Of a stretch of 64,000 nucleotides of DNA, positions 22,246 to 33,121 are shown piece by piece. Numbering within the stretch: the first letter of the stretch is position 1; every line of letters begins with the position of its first letter. Source of the DNA: Pelagomonas calceolata (taxonomy: Eukaryota); contig CAKKNE010000002.1 in the NCBI GenBank assembly GCA_918797485.1, forward strand, positions 2,232,001 to 2,296,000, in the 5' to 3' direction. Made by a program: the position numbers and the translations under genes. A model generated the notes under the pieces. That model searched no databases. It was not told the origin of the DNA and was given only the letters and a program-made list of their open reading frames with translations.

Positions 22246-24396
22246 ATGCTTCGAGCAGCCCTGATCCTCGCGGGCACGAGCCGCGCGCTGGACCCGAGCG
22301 TCTTCGGCCGCTTCCGCACCTGGCCGATCACCGCCGTGCAGGAATTGGAGCAGCCGCTCCGGGACATGGGCCTGAACGTGCCCGCGTCCGAGATCGACGG
22401 CACGCGAGGCGACGGCGCGGTCGCGCTGAGCGACGCCTTGGTCTCGATCGGTGCCGCGGGCCGCGGCGGCACCGGTAGTTTCGTGAGCGACGACGGTTTG
22501 ATCCTGACGAACTGGCACGTCGCGTACGAGTACATCCGGCAGGCGTCCCTGCTCGAGGGCGAGGACTTCGTCAGGGACGGTTACGTGGCCAAGAGCCGCA
22601 AGGAGGAGCTCCGGGCGCCGAACTGCGAGGTCTGGTTGACGCGGCGCGTCGAGGACGTGAGCGACGCGGTCCTGGACGTCTTGGACGAGCCCGACCCGCT
22701 GAAGCGAGCCACGGCACTACGTGATAGAAGGCAGCAGATCGCGTCCTACGCCGAGAACGTCCTGAGGCAGCAGGCCCAGCAGCTGGGCGTCAGCGCGGAG
22801 GGCGTCCGCTGCGACGTGCAGGAGATGTTTGCCAACGAAAAGTATCTCTTATTCACGTACGAGCGGCTGCGCGACGTGCGCATCGCCTACGCGCCGCCGT
22901 CGTCCCTGGGCTCCTTCGGCGGCGACTCGGACAACTTCGAGTGGCCCCGGCACACGGCGGACTTCGCCCTGCTGCGGGCCTACGCCGACGCGGACAACGC
23001 GCCGGCGGACTACGCCGCCCAGAACGTGCCGTACACGCCGTCGAAGCGCCTCCGGCTGAACCCCGAGGGCGCGGACGACGGCGACTTTGTGTTTCTCCTG
23101 GGCTTTCCGGGCCGGACGTTGCGGTACGCGCCCTCTGCTAGATTGGAGTACAACAAGCAAGTGACGATTCCGGCCATCGTCGCGGACTTTGAGCGTAAGC
23201 TCGAAGCGATCCAGCGCTTCGAGGGCGACTCCGAGGAGACGCGCCTCGCGCTCGCGGGCATGCGCAAGTCGCTGGCCAACGAGTTGAAGAGGAACCGGGG
23301 CAAGCTCGTCGTGGCGTCGAAGGTGGACGTGCTGGAGGAGCGGCGCAAGGAGGAGAAGGAGCTGTCGGACGCGTATCCCGCGTGTGCCATCTTGCTCCAA
23401 GAGCTGCAGAACATCTATGTGGAGTTAGGCGAAGGCCAACCGGTGCTGGACGCGTTGTCGGAGCTGCGGGGCACGGTCCTGGGGTCGGCCTATCTGGCGG
23501 CAGCGCACGCCGTGCACGAGGCATCCGTCGAGCTCGCGAAGCCGGACGACGAGCGGGAGGCCGAGTACAGGGATCGGAACCGGCCGTTTCTGGAGAGGCG
23601 CTTGCGGACGCGCCTGGAGCAGGCCTACGCGCCGCACGAGGCGGCGCTCGTGGCGCACGCGCTGGACAGCGCGAGGCGAGCGGGCGTGTCGACGCACGGG
23701 TTCTTTTCGAAGGGCGGCGTCGTCGACGCCGTGCGCGCGTCGCCGCTCCCCGAGACGTTTTCGTTGGACGGCAGCTTAGACGCCTACGCTTCGGACCCGT
23801 TTGTGGGGCTGTCCGCGGCTTTATATCCGTTGTACGCGGCCGTGCGGGACGCGGGCAAGGCCCTGCTGAGCGACCGCGACCGCGTCACGGCCAGATTACT
23901 CGACTTCCGCCGCGCGACGTCCACGGAGCGCCTGTGGCCGGACTGCAACGGCGCCCTGCGATTATCCGCGGGCCGCGTCGAGGGCTGCGCGCCCCGCGAC
24001 GCCGTCGTGCACGGGCCCCGGACGACGCTCGGCGGTCTGTTGGACAAGGCGCACGAGGCCGAATTGAGGGGCGACGACGACGGCACGTTCACGCTGCCGC
24101 CGCGCCTCCGCGAGCTGCTGGAGGGCGGTCCGGAGGCGCTGGAGCGGCCCTGCTGCCTGCTGTACTCGACGGATACGGTCGGTGGCAACTCGGGCTCGCC
24201 GGTTCTAGACAGCGACGGCGACCTCGTCGCGATCAACTTCGACCGCGCGCGCGGCGGCCTCATGAACGAGTTCGCCTGGTCGCAGGAGCTCTCGCGGTCC
24301 ATCGGCGTCGACGTGCGGCTGATGCTCTGGCTCGTCGGCACGTTCGACGGCGCGAGCGACCTCGTGGCGGAGATGACGACGGAGAGTAAATCATGA
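22246..24396 (+). CDS. Peptidase S46 family dipeptidyl peptidase (DPP7/DAP BII-like)
   Basis: Motifs GTGSFVSDDGLILTNWHVA, FGGDSDNFEWPRHTADF, LGFPGRT, TDTVGGNSGSPV and INFDR. Confidence 0.9.
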   Translation: MLRAALILAGTSRALDPSVFGRFRTWPITAVQELEQPLRDMGLNVPASEIDGTRGDGAVALSDALVSIGAAGRGGTGSFVSDDGLILTNWHVAYEYIRQASLLEGEDFVRDGYVAKSRKEELRAPNCEVWLTRRVEDVSDAVLDVLDEPDPLKRATALRDRRQQIASYAENVLRQQAQQLGVSAEGVRCDVQEMFANEKYLLFTYERLRDVRIAYAPPSSLGSFGGDSDNFEWPRHTADFALLRAYADADNAPADYAAQNVPYTPSKRLRLNPEGADDGDFVFLLGFPGRTLRYAPSARLEYNKQVTIPAIVADFERKLEAIQRFEGDSEETRLALAGMRKSLANELKRNRGKLVVASKVDVLEERRKEEKELSDAYPACAILLQELQNIYVELGEGQPVLDALSELRGTVLGSAYLAAAHAVHEASVELAKPDDEREAEYRDRNRPFLERRLRTRLEQAYAPHEAALVAHALDSARRAGVSTHGFFSKGGVVDAVRASPLPETFSLDGSLDAYASDPFVGLSAALYPLYAAVRDAGKALLSDRDRVTARLLDFRRATSTERLWPDCNGALRLSAGRVEGCAPRDAVVHGPRTTLGGLLDKAHEAELRGDDDGTFTLPPRLRELLEGGPEALERPCCLLYSTDTVGGNSGSPVLDSDGDLVAINFDRARGGLMNEFAWSQELSRSIGVDVRLMLWLVGTFDGASDLVAEMTTESKS

Positions 24397-24404
24397 CACT
24401 ATTC

Positions 24405-25367
24405 TTAGTCTTCCTGGGAGTACGTGGCGGTCTTCCGGCGGGGGCGCGTCTTCGCCACCGGCGCTTCGCTGCTCTTGCGCCGCGCGCGAGGCTTCGGTTG
24501 CTCCTGCGTCTCGCCGCTGCTCTTGCGCCGCGGCCGCGTGGGCGCCTCCTCCGTCGCGGCACCGCTGCTCTTGCGACGCGGCCGCACTGCCGGCGCCGGC
24601 GCCGGCGCCTCACCGCCACTGCTCTTGCGGCGCGGCCGCGCCGGGGCCTCCGCGCTGGACTTGCGGCGCGCCCGCGGCTTTGGGGCCGCGGCGCTCGGCT
24701 TCGCCGCGGGTTCTCCGCCGCCCTTGCGCTTGCGCCGGCCCCGGCCCTTGTACTTGGGCGCCTCGGCGACCGCCGCCGCCTCCTTCGCCTTGCCCTTCGG
24801 CCGCCGGCGCTTGCGGCCCCCTGAGACCGGCAGCGCTGGCGTCGCGAACGGGACGTGGGCCGTCGTACTTTCGCGCGGCGCGGCGCCGAACTTGAGCCGC
24901 TCGAGCGCGAGCGCCGACGCGCTCGGCCGCGCGTCGAACAGGCTCCGGTGCGCGCGCTCGTCGCTGACGAAGATGTTGTCGGCGACGCGCGTCCGCCTCT
25001 CCACGACGGGCGGCGGCGCCGCGACCACGGGCTCCGCCGGGACCTCGACGAAGTCGGCCGCCGGCTCGGCGAGCTTGCGGCGCTTCGCGGCCGCCGCCTC
25101 GACGCGCCGCAGCGCGCCCGTGCGCCGGCGCGCGCGCGCGGGCTCGTCGTATTCCACGGCCGCGGCGTTCGCCGCGGCGTCCGGCTCCTCGTCCGAGAAG
25201 CCGTCCTCGTCCACCGTCCGAGGCGCGTTCCCGGCCTCCTCGGGCGCGTCGTCGTCGTCGTCGGAGCCGTTTGGTGCCTCCTCGGGCGCGTCGTCGTCGC
25301 TGTTCTCCCAGGCGGCGTCCTCGGCGTCGAGCGCCGCTTCGCGCTCGAAGTCGTCGTCGTCGTCCAT
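24405..25367 (-). CDS. Hypothetical protein with acidic N-terminus and basic RRKSS repeats
   Basis: ORF from MDDDDDF; about five PRRKSS/ARRKSS units near the C-terminus. Confidence 0.7.
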   Translation of the reverse strand: MDDDDDFEREAALDAEDAAWENSDDDAPEEAPNGSDDDDDAPEEAGNAPRTVDEDGFSDEEPDAAANAAAVEYDEPARARRRTGALRRVEAAAAKRRKLAEPAADFVEVPAEPVVAAPPPVVERRTRVADNIFVSDERAHRSLFDARPSASALALERLKFGAAPRESTTAHVPFATPALPVSGGRKRRRPKGKAKEAAAVAEAPKYKGRGRRKRKGGGEPAAKPSAAAPKPRARRKSSAEAPARPRRKSSGGEAPAPAPAVRPRRKSSGAATEEAPTRPRRKSSGETQEQPKPRARRKSSEAPVAKTRPRRKTATYSQED

Positions 25368-25570
25368 CGCTGCTGCTATTTTGTGCGACGCTGCAGTTGC
25401 ATGCAGCACAAGCGAGCAATTGCTTCTCGTGGGCGCCACGGCTGCTATGTGCGACACAACGGCAGCGATGATGAGTGCCAGTCAGTACGCTTGCAGAGCC
25501 TCTGTCTCCGCAATTTATGTCGCTAAGCCGCGGTGCGTACAGCCCAGCTGCAGCTGCTTGCTAGGCATCC

Positions 25571-25593
25571 CTAGTGTCTTACAGGCCGCTAGC
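25571..25593. promoter_or_regulatory. Representative copy of a recurrent upstream motif, CTAGTGTCTTACAGGCCGCTAGC
   Basis: Near-identical or degenerate copies at 17999, 30199 (reverse), 35306, 43433, 61737, 62444 (reverse) and 63159. Confidence 0.55.
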
Positions 25594-25753
25594 AAAGATT
25601 TGCTCGTCGCCGAGGAGTCGCCGGGAGGAATGCCGGCGAACACGCTGTTGCGCCGCCGAGGAGTGGCTGGGAGGAGGAGGGGACACGAGGTTAGAAACGC
25701 GCGCGAACGCGCCTTAGTCCAAGGGAGGAAACTACATACAAAGCACACTCTTC

Positions 25754-26307
25754 TCACTGGGCCGCCGGCGGCGGCGGCGTCATCGACGCCGGCGAGTCAG
25801 CAGTCGGCATTGGTATGGTGTTTGCGGGACGCTCCGGAGACTTGCCCGAGAATGCGCCGGTGACGCCGCTCAGTCTCGACGCCTGCTTCCGGAGGCTCCG
25901 CAACGGCGTCATCGATTTGCGCGTTTTGTCAACCTCCACCGTAGCGGGCGTCTCCGCGTCCTGCTGCTGGGCCTTGGCCAGCGGCGTCTCAGTTGGCCGC
26001 GGCGACTCGGCAATCGCGGGCTGCCCCTTGCGCAGCCAGCCTCCGCCGCCCATGCAGGCTCTACATTGTGCAAACATTTGTTCAGGTGGCGCCCGCCTAG
26101 CGTTTTCGGTCACCCATGTTTCTTCAGCCAGGTGGCGGACCCCGCACCTAACCTGCTTCGCTTCTCGAAGAGCTGCCAGCGTGCACGAGTAGTGCTGGAA
26201 CGACCTGTGCGGTGAAGAGTCGAGCTCGGGGACTTGGCCGGGGCCGTGTCTTCCGCCGCCGCCGCGAGAGCTAGCTCGTGCATAATCTCGGCTGCTTTAC
26301 GGTGCAT
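25754..26307 (-). CDS. Possible short spliced hypothetical gene
   Basis: Two adjacent minus-strand ORFs with partly coding-like content; exon structure unresolved. Confidence 0.3.
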
Positions 26308-26444
26308 CCGGCGTTTTCAATCGTTTCGGGTGTCCAGCATTGATGCGAGACCGTCAGCATTGTCTGCTTTTGCACGCGTATCCGCTCGCCTTGGACCCAC
26401 CGAGAGGCCAGCCTCCAGCCGCGCGCGCTCGCAGGCCCGAAGAA

Positions 26445-27910
26445 ATGAAACTCCTCCGCGCCATGGTTCCCGCGCTCTCGGCCGCCCTCCGCGCGCCGGC
26501 TCGCCTCGTGGGCCGCGGCCGCGCGCTGCACGCGACGGCGGCGCGCGGTGCCGGCTCGGGCGGGCTCTTCGAGGACGCCACGGCGCTCGTGGGCAACACG
26601 CCCGTCGTGAAGATCAGCGACAAGCTCTGGCCTGTGTGGAAATCAAGTTTCGGGCGCCCCACGCCATCGACGCGACGTTGTCCCCGTGGCCGCGTCGGTA
26701 ACCTAACTCACTGGTTGATTTCCACACAGGCTCGCGCCGCCCGGCGTCGAGGTCTACGCCAAGTGCGAGTACTTTAATCCGCTCGCGTCGGTCAAGGACC
26801 GCCTCGCGGTGGCCATCATCGAGGACGCTGAAAAAAGGGGCGAGCTCAAGCCGGGGATGACCGTCGTGGAAGCCACGTCGGGCAACACGGGCATCGCCGT
26901 GGCCATGGTCTGTGCCCAGCGCGGCTACGACTGCGTCATCTGCATGGCCGAGCCCTTCTCCGTCGAGCGCCGCCGCCTCATGCGCATGCTGGGGGCCAAG
27001 GTCATCGTGACGCCGAAAGCCGGCAAGGGCACGGGCATGGTGCGCAAGGCCGAGGAGCTCTGCGCCAAGAACGGCTGGTTCCTCTGCCACCAGTTCGGAT
27101 CTGTGTCGAAATCAACCACTGAGTTGCGTTTACGTCGCGTCGATGGCGTGCAGCGGCTGATTTTTTTTTCCCACAGGTTCGAGAACGAGGCGAACTGGAA
27201 GTTCCACGAGGCCACGACCGGCCCCGAAATCATCGCTGATTTCAAGGCGTCGGGCAAGAAGTTGACCCACTGGGTCACCGGGTACGGTACTGGAGGTACT
27301 TTCCACGGCGCGGGCAAGGCCCTCAAGGCGTCGATTCCGGACCTGAAGATTGTGTTGGCCGAACCGGAGGCTGCTGGATTATTGGCCTCTGGCGTGGCCA
27401 CGGAGCGCAATGCTGATGGGTCACCGAAAGCCTCGCACCCCGCCTTCGCGGCGCACCCTATTCAGGGCTGGACGCCCGATTTTATCCCCAAGGTCCCTCG
27501 ACAGTGCATAAATCAAATTGTCGCGGCGCGTCTCCGCCACTGGCCACCCGACTCACTGGTTGATTTGCGCACAGGTCCTCGAGGACGCGCCCATGGCCGA
27601 GTTGCAGGACGAGCTCTTCCCTATCCCTGGCGATGCGGCCGTGAACACCGCCAAAGCTTTGGCTGCCAAGGAGGGCCTGCTCACGGGTATCTCGGGTGGC
27701 GGCACGATGTACGCCGCGCTCGAGACGGCCAAGAAGGCCCCCAAGGGCTCGGTGATCCTCGCCATGCTCCCGGACACGGGCGAGCGCTACCTCTCGACGC
27801 CGCTCTTCGCCGACATCCCGGCGGACATGAACGACGAGGAGCTCTCCATCGCCAAGTCGACGCCGTCCTTCCAGCTCATCCCGGGCCAGGAGCCGGTCCT
27901 CGCGGCCTAG
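26445..27910 (+). CDS. cysK: Cysteine synthase (O-acetylserine thiol-lyase) with three introner introns
   Basis: Exons 26445-26623, 26730-27092, 27177-27492 and 27575-27910. Motifs VGNTPVV, NPLASVKDR, EATSGNTG, GTGGT and PDTGERYLSTPLF. Confidence 0.95.
26624..26729 (+). mobile_element. Introner intron (GC donor)
   Basis: TIR CTGTGTGGAAATCAA...TTGATTTCCACACAG; TSD GCTCTGGC/GCTCGCGC; removal restores DKLAPP. Confidence 0.9.
27093..27176 (+). mobile_element. Introner intron (84 nt, in frame)
   Basis: CTGTGTCGAAATCAA...CCCACAG; TSD GTTCGGAT/GTTCGAGA; removal restores HQFENEAN. Confidence 0.85.
27493..27574 (+). mobile_element. Introner intron
   Basis: CAGTGCATAAATCAA...TTGATTTGCGCACAG; TSD GTCCCTCGA/GTCCTCGA. 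Confidence 0.85.
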
Positions 27911-27948
27911 ACGAACGAGTACGTAACAATGTGCTTATGCTAGACTCA

Positions 27949-29900
27949 CTACTTCCTAGCCTTCTTCTTCTGCTTCCGCTTCGCGAGCTTCGCCCGCACG
28001 GACGCCGCCAAATCCCCAACAGCTGGTGCGTCGTCCTCGGCGTCGCGCTTCTCCGCCGCGGCGGCCTGCGCCGCGGCGTCGTCGCGCTTGGCCCGCCGCC
28101 GCTTCGACTGCTCCTCGAGGACAGCACTCATCCCGGCCGTCTTCTTGAACTCCGGCGCGGACGTGTCCACGCCAAACCGGTCGTCGCCGTCCAACAGCCC
28201 GCGGAAGCGGTCATCTTTCGCGTCGAACTCGAATCCCGAACGATCCTGCTTCGCGAGCAAGGCGTCGCGCTCGCGCTTGCGCTTGCCCTTGAGCTTCGGC
28301 TTCGCGGCGAGCTTCTCCGCGCGCACTAATTTGGACGCGTCGTAGTCTCTGTCGTCGTCACTATCATCATCGTCAACAGCGGGTCGCGTCGCGGGCGCCT
28401 TGCCGGCCTTCTTCGCTTGCGCCTCGCGCTGCTTCTCCTTGAGCTTCTGCTTGCGCGCCGCCTTGCGCTCGCCTGCGTGGAAATGGAGTGTCGAGGCGCC
28501 CCGCCATCGACGCGACGTCGTCTCCGTGACAGGGATGGTTAATTTCTGCACGGGCGCCTACGCTTGCGCCGCTCGCGCGCCTCCCAGGGCGTCTCGCCCT
28601 CGTCGTTCGGCGCCTCGCCGCCGAACTCATCAAATGACACTTGCACATCTTCCGCCGTGGTGTCGCCCTCGGCAGCCCCAAAAAAGTCATCATCAAAACC
28701 CTCGCCCGACGCCTCCCGCGTCGGTTGGTCCTCCGCGGGCTTCTGCGGGTCCAAGCCGAGCATCTTCCGCAAGTTCGCCGCGTTGCCGCCGTCGTCGTCG
28801 GAGTCGTCGCTGTCGGCGAGGTACTTCGACGCCGTCGCGGCGTCGGGATCTTTCAGCATCTCCTCGATGGCGTGCTGGCGGTGGCCGTCGTCGTCGTCGA
28901 AGGTGCACTTCACCTTCGTCTGTTGGCGCGCGGCGCAGACGTACGCCTTGGGCGGCTTGTAGGCTTCGGCAGACGTGGCCTCGTCGCGCTTCCGCCCTTC
29001 GTCGAAGGTCGTCTCGTCGGGGATGAACGACAGGTTCAGGGGCACGGACGTCGCTTCGATCTCGACGCCGTCGCCGGACGCGTAGACGGCCTCGGCCGTC
29101 GCGGGCGCGTCGAACGTCGCGACGGCGAAGTACCGCCGCAGCTTCTTGAGCTCGTAGGCCCGCAGCTTCTCGGCGTCGAAGCCCTCTTCCGCCTCGTCCT
29201 CCGACCCGGAGTCCGACGACGCGTCCGGCGCGTCGTCCGCGAAGATGCCGCCCGGCCCGAACTTCTCCTCCCGTTCCATCTCGCGCGCGCCGTACTCCGA
29301 CGCGTACACCACGACTCGGGAGCACTGGCCGCCCGGCGGGCAGAGCGACTGGAGCATCACGAGTAGGTCCTGCGCGCGGCAGTGCTTCCACTCCTGGTCG
29401 GTCACGGCGAGCCTCGCGGCCTCGACGCTCCCCTCGACGGTGTCGTGCGTCGGCGGCAGGTCCGCGTCCCAGGCGCGCACCTCGACCTCCTCCAGCTCGT
29501 CGCTCTCGTCTCCAGAAGATCCGTCGTCGGACGACGACGACGCCGCGTCGTCGTCATCCTCGCCGCGCATCTTCGCGTCGAGCTCGGCCCGCCGCGCGCG
29601 CTCCGGCGCCGTCAGGCCGTCGTCGAGCTCGTAGAACGGCGCCAGGCTCTCGGCCTGCGCGTTCTTGTCGACCTTGCGGCCGCGCTTGTCGACCTTGCCT
29701 TGCGCGAGTCCGAAGCGCTCGTCGTCCAGCGCGCCCTTGAAGCGCGGGTCGATCTTCAGCTTGCGCTTCTTGCGGCCGCCTCGGAACGTCGGGTCCGTCG
29801 CCGCGTGCGCGAAGCGCTCGTCGTCTTCGAGCCCGTGCTTCTGCTTCGCGGCCATGGCCTTTTTTATTTGCTTGTGGGACTTTTTCTTCGAGGGATCCAT
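27949..29900 (-). CDS. ESF1: Pre-rRNA processing protein ESF1; intron at 28473-28561
   Basis: Motifs KIDPRF, VDKRGR, RLAV, EKLRAYELKKLRRYFAVATF and LSFIPD, plus the NUC153-like DDRF...FGVDTSAPEFKKT. Confidence 0.9.
28473..28561 (-). mobile_element. Introner intron (degenerate TIR)
   Basis: CTGCGTGGAAAT...ATTTCTGCACGG with core CGCCATCGACGCGACG; removal restores KRERK. Confidence 0.8.
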
Positions 29901-30414
29901 GCTTATTATATCCAGTCGCGCCGCGGTGGCACACCTGTGGCTCTCTGGGCTGTGGCTCTGTGCAGTTATTGATGCGCAGTTGCGTTACACAAACGCTGCT
30001 ACGGGTGCGTTGCACGCGTGCGATAACAAAACGCGTGTCGGGCAAAATGCACGCTTGCGCAGTGCCGTTTTGTATATCGCCTGTCGAGGCTGCAGAGACC
30101 AGGCAGTGCAAGGCCTCTACCAGACTTCTGCCATGCCAGGGGGCGCATTAATCGCGCCGGGACTGTTCACGCGTCTGTAGCGACTTCTAAAATGAGCTGC
30201 TAGCGGCCTTAAGACTCTAGCAATATTGCGAGTTTAAGCGCGGAGCCGCGGGCGCGGCTAATCGAGCCAAACCGAGCAAGACACAGCCTGTGCGCTAGCT
30301 GACAGCCATACTCTTGGCTGCGAGATCGCGCTGCACAAGAAACCGCCGCCGCCGGCCGCGCACCAGCCAAGCCAAAAGCCAAGTCAAGCCGGTCGCGCCC
30401 TACATACAAAAACC

Positions 30415-31914
30415 ATGGCCGACTTCGACGTCGCCGCCAAACTGGAGGCCTACCGCGGCGAGCTCGGCGCGCAAGTCAACGCTATACAAGAGAAGTCGCC
30501 CTTCGAGGACTACCGCCAGCCGTACCTGAACGAGGCGGCGGTCTCGGGCGACGACGCGTTCCCTTCGTCATTACTGCCGCGGCTGGCGTCCCTGGTTCAG
30601 GGCCGCGCCGAGCCGTTGGCACTCGTCGCGACCGAGGCCCAGGCGGAATTGGGCGAGGGCGCGCCGGCTGTAGATGTCGTCGTCGCGAAGATCCGGTTAG
30701 TAGCGGAGCGAAAAGCGTACGGCGTCAACCCCAAGAAGGCCGTCGTCGTCGCCGACGACGAGTCCCAGATCCACGCCTGGTGCTGGGAGGTGTCCGCGCC
30801 CGAGGCCTACTTCCCCGCTGAAAGCGTCAAGCTCATCAAGGCCGCGCGCCAGGCGCGGAGCCGCGAGGGCAAGCTCGTCAAGGCCACCGCGAAATTAGTT
30901 GACGTCCTCATCAAGGGCGACGCCACGAAAGCAAAAGCCGAGGAGGAGAAGGTCCTCAAAGTGAAACGGGACGCCGAAGCGCAGCGCCTCAAGGCCGAGG
31001 TCGCGCAGCGCAAGCGCGAGGAGGCCGCGGCCAAGAAGGAGGCCGCCGCCCTCAAGAAGCGCGAGAAGGAGGCCGCCAAGGCCGCGAAGCAGAACGCGTC
31101 GCCGAAGAAGCCCGCCAAGGCCAAGGTCTCGAACGCGTCGAAGAGCGTCATGGCCGGCTTCCTGTCCAAGGCGCCGAAGCGCGACTCCACCGAATCGCGG
31201 AAGGCGCCGCCGCCCAAGCCCGCGGAGGTGTCCACGGTCAGGACCGTGGCCCTGCTCGACGCCCTGGAGAAGGCGCGGGCCGCGCCGCCTCCCTTGGAGG
31301 ACCTGCGCGCGGAGCTGCGGCGGACGCGGGCCGCCGAGGAGGAGCCCGAGGTCCAGATCCTCGAGCCGCGGCGGGGCTTCTTCGCCTTCCACACGGACTT
31401 CGGCCCGCCGCGGCGCAAGGAGGTGACGCGGTCGGCGGTCGTGACGGCCACGAGCCCCTTCGCGCGGGACCCGGCCGTGGACTACGACTACGACAGCGAC
31501 GAGGAGCGCTACGCCAACGAGGGCCTCGTCGAGGACGGCGAGGACCTGTCGGACGGCGAGGACCTCGAGGACGAGGACGACGGCGAGCTCGACAACGAGG
31601 ACGGCTTCTTCTGCGGCGACGACGACGAGGGCGGCCCGGCCCAGCGCGCGGCCCTCGAGCGCGAGGTCGTCACCGTGTCGCCGCTCAAGGCCGGCGAGGC
31701 GGGCGACGCGGACCGCGCCGCGGCGCTCGCGCCGTTCGCGCCCGTCGTCTTCTTCGACCCGCGCGTGCCGCTGCCCGCCGAGCCGGCGCCGCGGAAGCGG
31801 TCCTCCGCCGCCAAGCCCGCGACGCCCGAGGACGCGCCGGCGGCGAAGAAGAAGAAGGGCGCGGTCTCGACGGGCCAGAAGCAGCTGACGGCCTTCTTCG
31901 GCGCGAAGAAGTAG
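30415..31914 (+). CDS. CHAF1A: Chromatin assembly factor 1 subunit A (p150/FAS1)-like
   Basis: K/E/R-rich coiled region followed by PFARDPAVDYDYDSDEE...EDGEDL and an acidic region. Confidence 0.75.
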   Translation: MADFDVAAKLEAYRGELGAQVNAIQEKSPFEDYRQPYLNEAAVSGDDAFPSSLLPRLASLVQGRAEPLALVATEAQAELGEGAPAVDVVVAKIRLVAERKAYGVNPKKAVVVADDESQIHAWCWEVSAPEAYFPAESVKLIKAARQARSREGKLVKATAKLVDVLIKGDATKAKAEEEKVLKVKRDAEAQRLKAEVAQRKREEAAAKKEAAALKKREKEAAKAAKQNASPKKPAKAKVSNASKSVMAGFLSKAPKRDSTESRKAPPPKPAEVSTVRTVALLDALEKARAAPPPLEDLRAELRRTRAAEEEPEVQILEPRRGFFAFHTDFGPPRRKEVTRSAVVTATSPFARDPAVDYDYDSDEERYANEGLVEDGEDLSDGEDLEDEDDGELDNEDGFFCGDDDEGGPAQRAALEREVVTVSPLKAGEAGDADRAAALAPFAPVVFFDPRVPLPAEPAPRKRSSAAKPATPEDAPAAKKKKGAVSTGQKQLTAFFGAKK

Positions 31915-31948
31915 GGCGGGGCGGGGCCTAACCTTATGATGTCACGAG

Positions 31949-33056
31949 TCGACTGCGAACTCCTTATGAGCGCTGGGGGAGAGAAGGAAACGACACGCGG
32001 GGTAAGAGGACGATGTGGGGGTAACAGTGCAGGGGGAACATGACGGCCCTGAAGAAGACCGTTCGGACCCGGAGGGGCGTGGAGCCCGCGGGCCGGCCCG
32101 CTTGACGTGAGGTCGAGCGGGGAAGAAGAGCACGAACGAACTCGTCCAGCCGCGAACCCGCCTGCAACGAGCCGCTCGAGCCCGCGCGCGAGCGGTAGGC
32201 CGGACTCGTGGCCACGGCGTGGCAGTAGACCGCGGTGTCTCTCCTGTGTTGAAAAGCGTAAATAAAGCCCGCCGCCGGTGCGAACGGGTCCCGGCGCCGA
32301 CGCGCTCACCACTCGAAGGAGATCACCGCGAGGACCTGCGCGAATCACGAAGTCACTTGCGCAGTCGATCATGGCTGCGCCGGGGCCGCACGCCCAGGAC
32401 GTCGCTTTCGAGGCTCGCCTCCCAGAGCTGCGCGCGGGGGGCGCGGTCGACGGCGTCGCGCGCGAAGCGAATTTTCGGGCGCGCGCGCGCGCGCGCGCAC
32501 TCTCGCAACGGCCACGCGCTGCGCGGCGCGCGGGCTCTCGCGGGGCGGGCGGGCGCCTTACCTCGGCGAAGGCGCCGCCCGCGCGCGACGTGACGACGTT
32601 AATCCAGTGGTCTTCGGCGTGGCCCGCGAACGCCTGCGCGGGGGCCGTGAGGCGGCGGCGCGGTCGCGCCCGGTCCCGCGCGGGGCGGCGGGGCGAAAAT
32701 CCGGGCCGCGCGGGCCAAACGCGGCGCGGTACGTCGGTCAGGATGTCGGCCATGCCCCAGGCCCGGCCTTCGCTGCTGGGCCCCCGCTCCACCCGGAAGG
32801 TGCAGCCGGTCCAGTCGTCGCGCGCCTCGTTCTTGTGGTTGTTCTCGTCCGTCGCCATGGTCCTCTGCGCCGCGCTTGCGCCGTAGACGGCCGCCGCCCC
32901 AGATCGTTCTGCGCTCTGCGATTTTTTTGATTCGCAAAGGGGCCTTGCGCCCCCCGGCCGGGTCCGCGGCGCGGGCGCGGCCCGGGAGGGCTCGGGGGCC
33001 TTGGGGGAGGTACTACTACGGAATTCCTACTCGCTGGAGGCGTCGGGGACCCGTCA
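31949..33056 (-). mobile_element. Repeat family copy C (left end fused to the right ~900 bp of copy A)
   Basis: Matches 4094-4299 and then 7396-8303; retains exons 1-5 of the GNAT-like gene. Confidence 0.9.
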
Positions 33057-33121
33057 CGCGCGGGCGCGCGGGTGGGACGCCTCGGCGCCTTGGGGCCGCT
33101 GCAAGTACACCTAACATCACA

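Noticed and set aside
22700..24000. Short AT-richer patches inside coding regions as nucleosome-scale periodicity
   Set aside because: The spacing looks irregular by eye. Establishing it would need autocorrelation of CpG and GC3.
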